A stretch of 63,147 bases of DNA, the filler included, from Choristocarpus tenellus KU-1152 (Eukaryota; Protista; Phaeophyceae), in the NCBI GenBank assembly GCA_964200185.2. It is 10 parts of 10 records of this genome, joined end to end, with 100 filler letters (N's around TTAATTAATTAA, not from the genome) between each part and the next. Parts side by side here need not be neighbours in the genome. Positions count along the whole stretch, not along the records: positions 1 to 3,251 come from CAXNAD020021262.1; positions 3,352 to 8,426 come from CAXNAD020011959.1; positions 8,527 to 13,014 come from CAXNAD020014329.1; positions 13,115 to 18,059 come from CAXNAD020012427.1; 6 more parts are not named here. One strand, given 5' to 3'. A program made the position numbers and the translations under genes. The notes under the pieces are model-generated. The model made no database searches, was not told the origin of the DNA, and was given only the letters and a program-made list of their open reading frames with translations. Shown here piece by piece: positions 1 to 13,376 of the stretch. Numbering within the stretch: position 1 is the first letter of the stretch; each line of letters opens with the position of its first letter.

Positions 1-191
1 AATGTACAAGAACGCCAACAATATAAACAGTCTCTCTGCCAATTACACGCCTTCAAGATTTATTTTTATGAAATTATTAACTTTTGTTTTAAAAAAAAAT
101 ATTTTTTCTTTCTTCAAGAGCAATAGCATGAAAAAAAAAAACACAAGGTAGACATAGTGTCCCTTAAAAAAACTCAACAAGCCCCTCCTAG

Positions 192-658
192 ATCGAACTG
201 ATTGCTCTACTCTACTCTACAATCATGTTGGTGAGTGTTGGAGCAAATGAACAAACCCACTGCCAACAGAAACAAGTACATACTTCCAGACTCTTACCCT
301 AACCTTAAGTACAACCTCAAAGAATGCACCCAAGACAAAAACCCCAACAACAGCCAATCTGGCACACAGACAACATAGACATCGATGGATAAAATACACA
401 AAAAAACTACTGCCCTAGAGCATTCCCTACACCACCACAGCAACCACAGGGCCGCTTGAGCGACCAAGCCTCCCTCTTGATCTGCAACATACCAAGGACA
501 CTCATGACTCCGTTACTTTCATCTCAAATAGTAGTCACAGCAACAATAGCAACAATAGCAACAACACTAGTCACAGCAACAAATGGCTGCTCCATCAGGA
601 TTCGTGTCTGTGGGTTCCCCCCCTGCAACCTCCCTGTCCCCTCCAGGGATGGAAATAA
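192..658 (+). CDS. Possible last two exons of an unknown gene (192-230, 419-658)
   Basis: TAG|...|GTGAGT bounds a 39-nt exon (IELIALLYSTIML). An in-phase exon follows TAG418 and is open for 240 nt to TAA. No recognisable domain. Confidence 0.3.
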
Positions 659-1060
659 GGATGAGGAATACCCCACAGTACAGGATGACTGTGAACGAAA
701 TCAAACTAACAACCTTATGATGGACTCACCTTGTAACGTTATCAGTAAAACTCATACCATCATCATATCGACCTGCCCAATACCTACTCGACAGTCATAA
801 GACATGCCTAAATCCAACTCAGAGGTCACCACAATTTTAGACTAGACGGTCTAACATCGCCTACCATGCACTGCAAACCCCTAACTTGCCTCACCCCCAC
901 CCTCATCCAGACCCAGCATAGCACCACTTCAACCTCCTCACGAGGTGCACACTAGTAAAAAGAAAAAAAAAGAATTGACCCCAGCCCAGGGGAGTTCCAT
1001 TAGACTATCGTGAACACAAAGATACATTTCTTCTTTTTTTTAAAGCAACCGTGAGTGCAA

Positions 1061-1337
1061 GGGTTAGGGTTAGGGTTAGGGTTAGGGTTAGGGTTTTTTT
1101 CTATAATGTCATAATTTCTGACACTACGTAGAGGGTTCCAAGACAACACCTGAACAAACAATAACAAACTTATTCCCAGGAAGAGGAACAAATAATACGG
1201 ACTAGGTGCAGTGCATTTGAAATAATAAGACTGCACCAACATTCCTCGACAAGCTATGTTCATGGCACCAAACCTTTCCTAAGAATACTAGCAGCACTAT
1301 AAAAAGCAAAAATAATATTAATATTAATAGTAATAAC

Positions 1338-1368
<31 letters not shown>

Positions 1369-2622
1369 GCAATAATAGCAAGGTAGAGAGACCAATGCAC
1401 GTTCAAAGTACAATATTTTGCTAACAAGAAAAAAATAGAAAAAAAGGCGATTTCAACGGAAAAATGTATATTTTCTTCCAGACTGGTCCAAGAAATCTAT
1501 CGGATTTTTCAAGAGAATTCAGAACGTTCACGACCAGCATCTCCTTACCCAGGGAAGTAAACATACTTCAAAGCAAAACATCAGCGGAGCAATGACTTTG
1601 ACGACAAACTGGAGATTGCTGTCAACATTCATATCAGAAGATCAGCAGATCCGTATGACACTGTCAGGTATACCGCCAATGGACACAATCATACCACTGA
1701 CGGTATAAGCACAATCCATTATACCGATATCAATTTCATTCGTGGTCATACCATTCCGCTGGTTCTTGTATACATTTCTACATTCACTTCCCTAACCCTA
1801 ACCCTAACCCTAACCCCAGCACCAAAAATACTTTCTATATCACCTTGCACTCCACCAAGTTCCGACACGTAAGAAATAAAATAAAACAAAATAGTTCACC
1901 ATTGATACATAATACATACACGAACTACATTCCATTCCAATGATGAAAAATAAAAAATTACACAGCAAGATACTAAAATATATATATACATTTTTTTTCT
2001 TTGCCAAACCAATCTGTCCACTAACATCAAAATATCGAAAAAAAGAAAAGAAAAGAAGAGGGTCGGCTACCTACCTACACAGATAAGATGCCTTCTCAAC
2101 CTACACAGAATCACTCTCTCCTCAAATCGCTCCACTTCGACGTCATACTGTGCAGACTCTAACACACTCCCCCTCTCTCCGCCTCTCACCAGACTTGGAA
2201 GGCGTGCTGACATCGCTATTGTCCGGTGCCGAAGAAGAAAACGCCTCCACCGACTCAAGAAATAAATATACCATGGACGGCAGAAAGTCTGCATCGTAAC
2301 GTGCCAAACCAGAGGACGCACCTCCTTCAATGGCGATTTTCTTATTTCCCTTTGCCGCCTGCAATTCAGATCGACGTATCCAAGCCCCCCCCCAACAAAC
2401 AAACAAACAAACAAAACAATCAACACGTACACATGTGTAAGATTTAACGGTCCCCCAATCATGAGCAATTGGAGTTGAGTCCCAAGTCCATTTGTGCATC
2501 AGGTTCAACATTGCAACAGGTCAGAGAGGTAAGGACAGGAGGACAGACTAGGATGGGGAGGGGAAGGGAGAGATGAAGCGGTGCTGAGAGATGCCCTAAC
2601 CCTAACCCTAACCCTAACCCTA
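1061..2622. repeat. Three short interstitial telomere-like (TTAGGG/CCCTAA)n arrays at 1061-1095, 1790-1816, 2594-2622
   Basis: 4-6 tandem hexamer units each, in both orientations, seen directly. Confidence 0.85.
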
Positions 2623-3055
2623 TGTGACGATAGCAAAAAGCATATGGGCACATGAAATGCACACAACGGCCACTGGAAAAAGAGATGAAAAAGGAGATTC
2701 AACTGACGTTTGAATACCCCCCTCCCCCACCCATCCCCACAATTATGATTTTTGTATAATGAGATGGTTTGCCCTCTCCACTATGTTGTGGGGTGTCTGT
2801 CTAATCCATTACCCTAAGGGAGGACACACATTTCTGCTTGGCAGTTACAAAACGAGGACCCTCCAAACCTGTCTGAGAGAGGTCATCTATTGCTTTCTAG
2901 AGGAGGCATTTTCCAAACTCACATGGTTATGAATATGTACAATACTGAAATATATATTAAAAAAACAGGCATCCAACATCTGACAAGGAAGTACATAATA
3001 AGTATATAACAAGAACATGAGCAAGAGTAAAAAATAGTACATACTGCCCAGAGAT

Positions 3056-3251
3056 CACACCTACACTTGTCTACACTACCACATCTACACTTGTCTACAC
3101 TACCACATCTACACTTGTCTACACTATCACATCTACACTTGTCTACACTACCACATCTACACTTGTCTACACTACCACATCTACACCGTCTACACTACCA
3201 CATCTACACTTGTCTACACTACCACATCTACACTTGTCTACACTACCACAT
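3056..3251. repeat. 24-bp minisatellite (ACTTGTCTACACTACCACATCTAC)n, about 8 copies, running into a gap
   Basis: Direct tandem periodicity; it explains the repetitive LSTLPHLH ORF. Confidence 0.9.
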
Positions 3252-3351
3252 NNNNNNNNNNNNNNNNNNNNNNNNNNNNNNNNNNNNNNNNNNNNTTAAT
3301 TAATTAANNNNNNNNNNNNNNNNNNNNNNNNNNNNNNNNNNNNNNNNNNNN
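3252..3351. other. Artificial contig-join spacer N44-TTAATTAATTAA-N44 (also at 8427, 13015, 18060, 21344, 25136, 32927, 39587, 55142)
   Basis: The same 100-bp construct occurs nine times; the 12-mer places stop codons in all six frames. Confidence 0.95.
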
Positions 3352-3595
3352 GGTTCTTTTGATCCTCGTAGTTATAACCTCGACAACTTCGCGGTGGATA
3401 GTTTTGGGCGCCTCGGCAAGCAAGCGGAATGTTTCGTGAGTGGAAGGCAGAGGTATAACATAGATAGTAGTGAAATAACGAATAGATTAGTGTTTCTTAT
3501 ATTTGTGACACACTTTACTTCTTTAGGGTTTATGCTGACATGTGAATTGTTTTCATTGGTTTTCCCCCTTACACATCTGGAAAATATCAAGTAAC
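3352..3595 (+). mobile_element. 3' fragment of RLE-type non-LTR retrotransposon plus downstream repeat segment (segment repeated at about 4265-4395)
   Basis: SFDPRSYNLDNFAVDSFGRLGKQAECF is nearly identical to the translation of 49455-49535. Confidence 0.65.
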
Positions 3596-3599
3596 ATAA

Positions 3600-4230
3600 T
3601 AATAATATAAAAGCAATAAGAAGACACCCCACAAGGTCACTCTTCTTTTCAACCATGCAAGCATATTGAGCAATGGGGAGTCGTGTGAGGCTCCACACCT
3701 TCTTGTCTTCACTACTATCAAATATCAATACCTTACAAAGTTAATTGCACAGGTTATGTGTAACCCACCACAGGTTATGAGTCTTAGTAGTACGGAGATA
3801 AGGAACAGGCTATGAGCCTCAACGATATGAAGAACAACACGAAGAAGTTGACCATGTGGACTGGATCACCAGGACGAACAGTAGACACCTGGACAGCATG
3901 GAGATTATCTGTGGTGGGTTACGCTGGTGGAAAGGGTCTGTAAGACATTCTGCGGCGAAAATACGTCGTCCCTGAACTCACAGAGACACCAACGCAACAG
4001 GAACGAAGAGCGCACGAGAACTATGAAAAAAGAGTCAATGGAGGATGCACAGAGGACAAGATCCCTGTGCAACTCAATGGAGGACACACGGAGGACGAGA
4101 TCCCCGTGCAGCTCAATGGAGGACTCGCAGAGGACGAGATCTCTGTGTAGCTCATCACAAGACCCAATATTAGCTACATGGAGCTGAAACGGGCAATAGC
4201 TGAGAAGATACACCCCTTGTTGCTAACGTC
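3600..4230 (+). mobile_element. Copia-type LTR 3' part, PBS-like site and degenerate gag start
   Basis: 3622-3751 matches the solo LTR at 6538-6806 and ends in TGCACA followed by GGTTATG. Downstream reading from 3812, MSLNDMKNNTKKLTMWTG...WTAWRLSVVGYAGGKGL*, resembles a Copia gag N-terminus. Three 39-bp tandem repeats at about 4035-4150. Confidence 0.6.
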
Positions 4231-4399
4231 CGTTGGCACCCCACCAAGGAAGGCAGTGGTACAATATAGTAGTGAATATCAAATAGATTGATGTTTTTCA
4301 CATTTGTGATAACTTTTACTTCTTTAGTTATTTTTCTGACATGTAATTAGTTTTCCTTGGTTTTCCCCCTGACACATCTGGAAAATGTTAGAGAGCACA

Positions 4400-7300
4400 A
4401 TAATCAAAAACACTTCTCAACAAAAGTGATTCCTTTGTCACGCTGCTAAGAGCTATATACTCACTCTCCATGGAAGACAGAGCTACAACTCTTTGTACCT
4501 TTGACATCCAAGATATTGCTCCTCCCTCAAACATTAACGCTCCTCCAGTCACTGATCTAGGATCATTCCACAGTCTCCAGCATAACCAGCATCAGCATAT
4601 ACACTCAACTTACACTCAGTATCAAAACCATCACCAAAACTTAATCCAACTCTGGGACACGTATTCAAATATGCTAAAATACACGTAACTGCTCGCCAAT
4701 GTGTGACTTTGGGGCTACTACTATGCTTGGCAACCTCACGAACTGCATGTGCGATGTCAAGCCTTGTCATAGCAGATGCCTACATCAGACTACCAACTGC
4801 CTATCGGTATGGTATATTTTCATCAACATTTGGATGATCATCACCCTTGTCCAAAGTCCTTGAGAGATCATGGGATACCGCCCTCTTCTTTGCCCCACCC
4901 ATACCAAATCTTTGACAAAATACTCTTATGTACACGTGGTTGAGGGGTAAGCAACATACAAATGATGCTTTGAGATGTACCTATTCTGACTGATGACGAC
5001 AGTCTGTGCAATTCTGTCACGTGAAATCTCATAACCCATGTAATACTCAAGGTCACCAAAATCTTCTGTGGAAACTGCTCTTTAATCCTGGAGCGAACCC
5101 AAATCAAAACATAATTTATATCAGCTACCAAATATCGTCAACGTGGGGGGCTACCACAGCATAAACAACGCCATCTCTTACATGGTGTAACACACAGGGA
5201 TTTCTCTGCATTGCTCAAAACCACACTGCTCCAAAACGTGCACCAACATATTATTAAACTCCCTGCTAGCCTGTTTGGTGCCATAAAGGGCGTTCATGAA
5301 ATGAAAATCTTTCCTGACCATATACCACATCCATAACTTAAACGCACAAATACCTCTTCAGTAATGCCTGCCTGGATAAAAGCTTGGTTCACATCTCAAT
5401 GCTTCAGTTCCCAATCCTTGTCTGCAGCTAATGGTAAAACCACTTTCAAAGACGCAGGCGACAGAGTTGGAGCAAAGGTATCTTGGTAATATAAACCCTC
5501 AATCTGTCGAAAACCTTTTGCTACCAATCGTGCCTTGTATCTCACTACCTTAACAAATTCGTTTGTCTTACACTTGTGAACCTGAACCCATTTAGTGTCT
5601 ATTGCCCTGCGTCCAGGGGGTAATACGGCCTCCATACAAACATCATTCAACAACAAACCAGGTATCTTTTCTGCTCTAGCTCGATCCCATAATTCATATT
5701 TGGGAGAGCTACTTTCTGCTCTTACAGTCTTGGGTTTTGGAGGGAGCTCATCCGCTAATACTCTAATAGAATTATCGCTCGCACACATCACAAGGGTAGT
5801 CTCTATGGAAACAGACAAACAAGTTATAAAAAATTAGACATGTCAAAAACAGCAGGCTCTTGCAGAAGTATCTTGACGGTTACCAGATCTGGTGTGATGA
5901 GGAAGGGTGTTGTTGTTGTCACCATTCCCAATGCTGAGCTGTCGAAGTTCCCGTTGGCATTGACTGTCCTTAGTCTCATCCTCCTCGTTGTTATTCCCAT
6001 CATTTTCAGCATCCATAGTTTCATCACCACCACCTAATTTTCCTTCAATCCAGGGGATTCCATCATCATCATCACGTCCACTCCCCATCTCCTGGATTTG
6101 ACTAGGGTTTCTTCATGTAAAGGTCTAGAAGAGATATTGAAAACCAAAGGTGCATCATCTGAGGGTGGGAGTCTTTCGACATCATCCCAATTCAAAACAG
6201 GTGGAAGGCCCTCCCCATCAGATACATGATATGCATCACTAGTTCCCTTGATGGTCACTTCTTTATCCCTACCAGCAGAGTATGAAGAGAGAAGATTGAA
6301 AGCTATCTGCGGGACAAATGCAGCAGACGCCAAAGCAACTTGCACCCACTCATCACGGCCAACATTGAAATTCAAATCAATTTTGTCATACCACGCAAAG
6401 GGTAGTGATGTGCCGTCAGCCACGGTTATGTTGTGGCCTTGTGGGCATGTGGTGAAGTCATACATGTATGTTGAGTCTCTCATCACATTATTGGAAGCCC
6501 TCGAATGAAAACACCATGTTTCGAAAGCATTCAAACTTGTGCAAAATAGGACAATAGTGAAGTGTATCTTATTTTGTGTATATGAGATTATTGTGTTNNN
6601 NNNNNNNCCCTTTCGCTACTTTGAAATAGATAGCGAAAATACAACAATAATAATAAACAAACAATGAGGAGACAGCCCACAAAGGTCACTCTTCTAATCT
6701 CAACCATCCATTCTTTTCATGTTCAGCGAAAGGGGTCGTGTGAGGCTTTACACCTTCTTATCTTCACTACTGACAAATAGCATTACCTCCCAAGGTAATT
6801 TGCACAAAACTCACCTTGCCATTGTTAACCACAGCGGCTAACATGGTCTTAAACTTCCTTCATTCCCTAACTGGTTCCTCTGGTTCAGCTAGTGTTGCCG
6901 TCCACTTCACCACAAACAGCTCGCATGTGGCCATTTTTCTTGCAGTTGTATCATGATCCTTCAAACGTGCAAGAACCGAAATATCCGACCAATCCACTTG
7001 GTACGGGATCCTGTCGTCCCAAGGTCCGTGCGGTGACAAGTCGGACCAAGGCTGCCTCCTCGGCTAGCCTTTTTATAGGTCCTTGCGACTAGAGCACTCC
7101 CAGGCTCTCTGCGATCCACTACCTCCCGTTGGAGAGAGAAGTAGTGCCAACGAGCAGCTTATTGGATCTTAGCTCTCGAACGCTCACTCTTATGGTGGTG
7201 TTGGAGGTAGTGCTTGTTAATCTGATAATCATCATCCAAAGTATCTTGCATGACGATTTGAAGCACCTGTTGGGACATCACATGCCCCATCATTGCCATC

Positions 7301-7750
7301 TGGCCAACCCAGTCCAGCATTGTTGTAATAGTGATTTTGGGGTCTGACCCCCGTGGCATCTTGAATGTCATCACCTTATTTTGGAGCCTTGCTATTTCCT
7401 CGTTGGAATGAACTAGGAAATGTTCCCTTAGGTGCTGCAAAACTCCTGAGGGTGACACTGCATTGCCGACAGTGCACCTGTAATACCCACTGGTACTTCT
7501 CAACAGGATGCTATATGCCTTGTGGCCTTGGTGACCTCATCTTCATCAACATCTTCGTTCCCCTTGACGAGATCTATGTCACCCACCCTGATATCCTCCC
7601 TGTACTCCAACGCCACATTGATATCACCTTTAGCACCCAGGAAGGCACGTATAGAGGTGAAGCAGACAGCATAATTGTCGTCAGACAGCTAAAGAAGTTT
7701 GGTTTGAAACCCATCTGAGGCTATGAGTGATGCAATACCATCTCAAATCA
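4400..7750 (-). mobile_element. Degenerate Ty1/Copia LTR retrotransposon (gag, zinc knuckle, protease, RT, RNase H)
   Basis: CxxCxxxxHxxxxC knuckle at about 6910-6955. Protease region WCFHSRASNNVM. RT motifs AIDTKWV, YKARLVAKGFRQIEG, TFAPT and TRLDIAHAVREVAK. RNase H YADAGYAGD. Many stops and frameshifts; no integrase core visible. Confidence 0.92.
6538..6806 (+). mobile_element. Solo LTR inserted into the Copia remnant
   Basis: TGTGCAAA...TTTGCACA inverted ends with a perfect 5-bp TSD AAACT (6533-6537 and 6807-6811). Homologous to 3622-3751 and 25067-25135. Confidence 0.85.
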
Positions 7751-8288
7751 GTCCAGTTCGGCTGTGCCTCCCCTAGCTAGACATTTGATTAGGCGCTTAA
7801 GCATGTTGAGAAGCTTGGCGCATGTAAGGCTCGTTGCCCAAAGCTGCTGGTTGAGTTACATGGTGAAACATACACTGAATGATTAATTTCCCGCCAGGCG
7901 TCCAATATCACTGACGTATGTAAGCCAAAGTATCTTGGGGGTGGCTATTGAAATATTCTACACTGGACCCGCGGCTTTGGTGCTTTACTGAAGGACGGTA
8001 AATAGGTCGATTATAGATGTGCAATATTCTGTTGGCTGAATAGGTGGGTGAGACAAGCCTAAACAATCGTTACTGTTCCTATAGTGTGGGGTTTGCAGTC
8101 GCCCACACTAATTTACTATGAATCACTTATTTACTTGTCTTAAGTATGGTAGGTGTATCTTGAACATAACACTCAAATCAATGGACACGATGATGAGTCA
8201 GGACATGATATCTGTCAATGGCTCTCTATCCTATTATCTAATCCACCGGTGGTGTCTATAGTGTGTCAGCAGCACTATCTACGAACAG

Positions 8289-8583
8289 TGTGGCGGCTGT
8301 CCATTTGGACCCAATTTTTTCATGTCGCGATTTTTGCGTGATTTGATTGCATGGGTCGGATGGATAATGTAAGTGCACTTTTCCTGGTTTTGGTCCAAAA
8401 TGGACACCCTGGTGTAGAACCCCCCCNNNNNNNNNNNNNNNNNNNNNNNNNNNNNNNNNNNNNNNNNNNNTTAATTAATTAANNNNNNNNNNNNNNNNNN
8501 NNNNNNNNNNNNNNNNNNNNNNNNNNCCTTCCACCCCCAAACCCAAGAGGGCCACCCCCCCCCCCCCCCAGATACTTTGGGTC
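8289..8583. mobile_element. MITE family A sequence on both sides of a gap
   Basis: The internal sequence matches 24004-24180. The terminal CCCCCCAGATACTTTGGGTC lies after the spacer. Confidence 0.7.
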
Positions 8584-8723
8584 AGGTCACTTTCGCTTTT
8601 ATTGGAATAGTGTGTGTGTATTTGTGTGTGTATTTGTGTGTGTGTACAACTAATGTGTGTTGTCTGCTTCATACCCCGTACACTTGAGAAAGCACTAGTT
8701 GGTTATGTTTGTGCTAGCACTAG

Positions 8724-9074
8724 AATTCAACCACAACGAGTATTTCAGGGAGGCAAGGCAAGACTTCCCGCCCCCCAGCCTTTGACAACCAGTTCAGGAA
8801 TATTATCGTACGTTGATGACATTGAGGTCCAGTCCGCATGTTGTCGGGGGGGGGGGGTTATTGAGGGTTTTGGTTTGCTCTTTTCTTTTCTTTTTATGCG
8901 GAGTGGTGTTGACCAACCCCCTCCAACTGAAGGAAAACAACTGACACAACTGAATCTGTGCAGGGCTTTATTCGCATCTTGAAACGCAATCGTAAGATGT
9001 CTGCTGCTTCTGCTTCTGCTGTTGCTGATGCTGGTACTTGCAAGAAGCCAGGGGGGACTTGGGGCGATTGTTGA
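8724..9074 (+). CDS. Possible last two exons of an unknown gene (8724-8826, 8964-9074)
   Basis: AG/GT boundaries join in phase: ...GILSYVDDIE|GFIRILKRNRKMSAAS...WGDC*. No domain recognised. Confidence 0.3.
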
Positions 9075-12000
9075 AGTTTGTTAAGGTGCAATAGGCAAAT
9101 CCCACCAGGGGTTTGCCCCAGGACTGGTGGTGTCTCTAGCTTGCTGGTGACCCCGAGAGTCTTACTTATATATCCATCAAGCAGAGACTCTTGAGATATG
9201 CTTGTTTGGGAAGGGAGTGCAAGCAAAGCCTAACCCCATTAGGCGTAATTTTCACCAGATATCAATTTCTTGGGGGGGGGGGNNNNNNNNNNGTGTGCGG
9301 GAACAATATCTGGTGAGGGTTGGGGGTGTGGCGGGGGGAGGGGGGTGGCGTGCAGAGGGGGAGGGGTGGAGATGTTTCTTGACCCGTTGTGGTACGGAAG
9401 GAGTTCCGAGGTTTTGTTTTTGATGCCTGGCTCACTAGGGGATGGACAAATGCCAAGTGATAGGGTAGGAGTGGATTACTAGGAATCCTCAACATTGGGC
9501 AAGGTGTTTGTTCCTTTGGTGAAGACATCATAGGATGTGGGTCAGCTATAGAGAATGGAACAACACACCTTGGTCAATAATGGAGTAGGGATAGGTGGGG
9601 GGGAGAAGGGTGGGGCACAGGGATCAGCTGGCTGGAAAATGTGCCGAATATGGAGTGTGGCGGAGTGTCAAATAAATACTTAAGCGTGGTCTGGCATTTG
9701 AGTGCTGAAAGTGAACCTCAACTCAAGCCTGTGCAGTGGTATACCTTGGCCTTGGCCCCCCTTGTTGGTAGTGGTTGCAGGTGTCCACCATCCTGGTAGC
9801 ATTCCAAGGTTGGAGCCAGTAGCTGTGTCTTTTTTTACATGATTTTTTTTTGTTTTGTTTTGTTTTGTTTTGTGCCCTGCAGGAAGGAAGTTCCCGTGAA
9901 TTTTGGACCGGGTCATCTGACTCCGGTGGTACAGGGGTTTGTTGATTGTCTTTTATCTTGTCTATTTTGTTTTTTCGTTCTATATTTTTGGTGTGTTTAG
10001 CTGCTGCTGCTGCTGCTGCTGCTGGAGAAAAGTGGTGTGTGTGCTTCTTACTCACATACATGGGAGCAAGAGATCACTTAGTGTCATAGTGGAAAAGGAG
10101 GGGGCGGGGAAGGGGGGCGGAGGGACTACACTGTGTGTGTGTGTGTGTGTGTTATTGCTCACCGTTACAATTGTTTAGTTCATGTTGTATGTATGACTCC
10201 CATGAGTGCCTTGTCTGTCTGTCTGTCTGTGTGCGTGTAATTTTGTCAGGGGTGCATGTTTTGTCTAGGTATGTGTGTGAGTGTGTGCCCAAAGGTTCTT
10301 GGGCAGAGAGGGTCTGTCGTCGTGTTAATACTGGGCAGGAGAAGGCGTGGATGACATATTTTTTGGGGGGGGGGCATTTGTATTGACATTGTAGTGATCA
10401 CATGAGGATCATTTGTAATGGATACTGTTTGGGCACGTGGCAAGCACAGACATGAAGGTCACATTGTTATGGGCAGAGCTTGATTCTCCTATACTTGTCT
10501 CTGGCGCCTCTGGATGTCACTGCATGCTGGCCCGCAGTTCTTCATTTTAGGAGGGTGAGCAAGGCGTAACCCATCATCGTGCATGACAGCGTGGTGATTA
10601 GACGTGCCTGATGAACGGTTGCACACTTGCAGAGCAGAATCAAGGTAATACGTGAAAGAGATCGTTTATATATAATAATGTCCTTTGTCACTTAAGTAGT
10701 TTTTGTGAGTCAAAGGGCAGTTTCGTGCAAATTTGATTGGCTCAAGAAACGTCATGTGCTCGTTTAGAATGAAAATGTGCAGGAAGCTCCGAGCACCACA
10801 GAGCGCCACGAGTATACTCCAGCCAAGCCCACAGCACAAGTCGTAGTAATTGTGGCTGTCAATATTGTGGTTTGAGGGGGGTGGGGAGGGGGGATCTCTA
10901 GTAGTTATGTATCTACTCACTACTGTGAGGAAGGGACACTTCACGTAAGGTTTCCACTCTTGAGAGATGTGTCACCAGGAAAGGTCGTATCATCACACAA
11001 GTATTACCTGTCGCAAAGATAATACACATAGTGTGACAACATCATATATGGTCACAATGCATTTTACATAGTACAATTTGAAAGACGAGGGAAGGAAGTG
11101 GTTTGATCGTAGGAAATACCACCCATGATTGTATTACACAGCTTCGTTGTTTGTAGACAAGTTACCTCCATTTGTAGTCAAAGTCACATCACACAGAATC
11201 ACAACAATAATAGTATTTCGTTGGGCTTCTATAGTAGTAGCAGTAACCTACAAAAACAAGGTATACTGGAGGTTTTGATGGCCTTCACAAACCAGTATGC
11301 ACTGTGTGTTGCAAAGTGTAGTACACCATGGTTGTGTATAAACTGTTAATTGTTGACAGTTGTGAAGAAAGAGTTAAAGAGAAGCTAAAAATGGTATTAT
11401 TTTTATAATCGCCCGTCTTGATAGTAGGGCACTTAAAAGGATTTTTTTTCGTACGAAAGGCGGCGTAACGTATGGATAAAGAGTTGAATTGGGTGACGAA
11501 AAAGGTGTAACTTTTCCCACCATAATTTAGCAAACGAGGTTGGCGGAGTTTATTGCGGTACTTGCCGTTGCTAAACGTGGAACGTAGGTTGCCCAATACT
11601 TCCTCTGTGGCTACATACCTCTCACCCTGCCCTGTAATTTCCCCGAAACAAATGGTAGAGCAAAGAGTGCTCAACACACAGAAGGCTTGTTGTGTGTGGA
11701 TCGAAGTGAAGCACTGTTCACTTTATTTGCGCGTGCCTTCAAGACACGTATTCTAGTCCTCTTCCCCCAATAAAGGTTGTGTTTTGTTGTGTATGCACAC
11801 TGTTAGGACCTTGAGCGTCTTTTGGTGTTCAGGCATTCGATGAAATTCTGAAAATATTCAACAACTCTGGGGCGAAGCGCATCCTGTATTTCTATTAGCA
11901 TGTACTTACAAGTATTAGATATAGTCGTCATATACCGAAGAGTTTTTGCCGTTTATGCTAGTCTCCAGGTCGATGGGCTATGAGAGGTTTGACAGATTCA

Positions 12001-13123
12001 TGGTTTCTTCCCTTGATTCTCGCCCGCCTTCATAATAGGTGTCGATTTTTTGGAGTGTTGATTTTGATGTTTCCTTGTAGATAGTGTTCAACATACAAGT
12101 TCATGCGTCAGATATCCTAGTCCTTTCTATGGTTGTACTATTATATTTATTGCATTTCTTTACATGATTTTTTCTCTTATCTGGTCTCCATCCTCTAATT
12201 ATCATGCTTTTCTTCCTATGTGATATCCCCTGCAACATGTCAGTGGGCGTAACACTATACTTCCACAATAATATACCCACTCACCATTTTTAGAAAATAT
12301 GCTCATATCATTTTTTTTAATCGTTGCATTATTAGTATTAAACACCGTTACAAGACTTCTCGTACTACTTGAAACTATTGAATAAGATATCACAAAACTG
12401 TAACTATTGTTGTGCTATAACTACTAGTCGTTGTACTGCCTCCGTTCCTTCCTTGGTTCTCATGGTTTGGGTTCAGCACACCCACCAATCGTTCCTCCAC
12501 CTCCTCCCTCAAATGTTCTGACGAACCCACCTTGAAGTTTCCACTGTGATCTTGGTCCGGTGTGCTTGTGGTATAGCTACAGACAGACAGACAGACAGGA
12601 CCAAAGATCAAGCGTCTTCGCGGAGCATAATCTTTTGTTCTTCCTCAAGGAACAAGACTCTCCTCAGAATATCAGTCCTTTGTCAATTTCAAGGAACACT
12701 CCTTCCTCACATAGCAACATGAAGTTTGAAGAACAAGGCTTCGAGGTTCTAAGTCTCTTTTTAGACTTGCCTTTGACAATAGTAGGTTGGGACACACTGT
12801 ATATCGACGTTTCTCAATGCTAGACTGGTACACCTTGTACTTAGCACTTCCTCCATGTACACCTTGACTGCATCAGCATCATCGTGTCTGACATGAACCA
12901 GAACTTTGACTATCATTTTCTCTTGGGACGGCCCTGCATGACCCAAGTACAAGTCCTGATCTTGTCCCGATTGTGCCCTGTACGTCCAGACTCAAATTAT
13001 CTGGGGAGGGGGGGNNNNNNNNNNNNNNNNNNNNNNNNNNNNNNNNNNNNNNNNNNNNTTAATTAATTAANNNNNNNNNNNNNNNNNNNNNNNNNNNNNN
13101 NNNNNNNNNNNNNNGTGGTAGTG

Positions 13124-13166
<43 letters not shown>

Positions 13167-13376
13167 TTGGGTAGAGATGGAAGTATAGTAAGTAAATCCT
13201 GTAGTCTCTTATTTTGCGTGAACCCATGACACAGCACACATACTGACTCCACTGTACATATGTCCAAGAATGTCAATGATGGTGAATTATGATGATGTCA
13301 CATTGGTGCTGACTATAGTGTTGTCAAGACTGATGCCGATTATTTCCTTCCCTTGGTGGATTGGAGGATAACACAG

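Noticed and set aside
1481-2299. Possible + strand exons (about 1481-1702 and 2088-2299)
   Set aside because: Open frames exist, but the splice phases are ambiguous and no domain is recognisable.
3056-3251. Regular repeat array resembling CRISPR
   Set aside because: Head-to-tail units with no unique spacers, no cas genes and a eukaryotic context; it is a minisatellite.
3296-3307. Recurrent palindromic TTAATTAATTAA motif
   Set aside because: Always centred in N runs of identical length, so it is an artificial linker and not biological.
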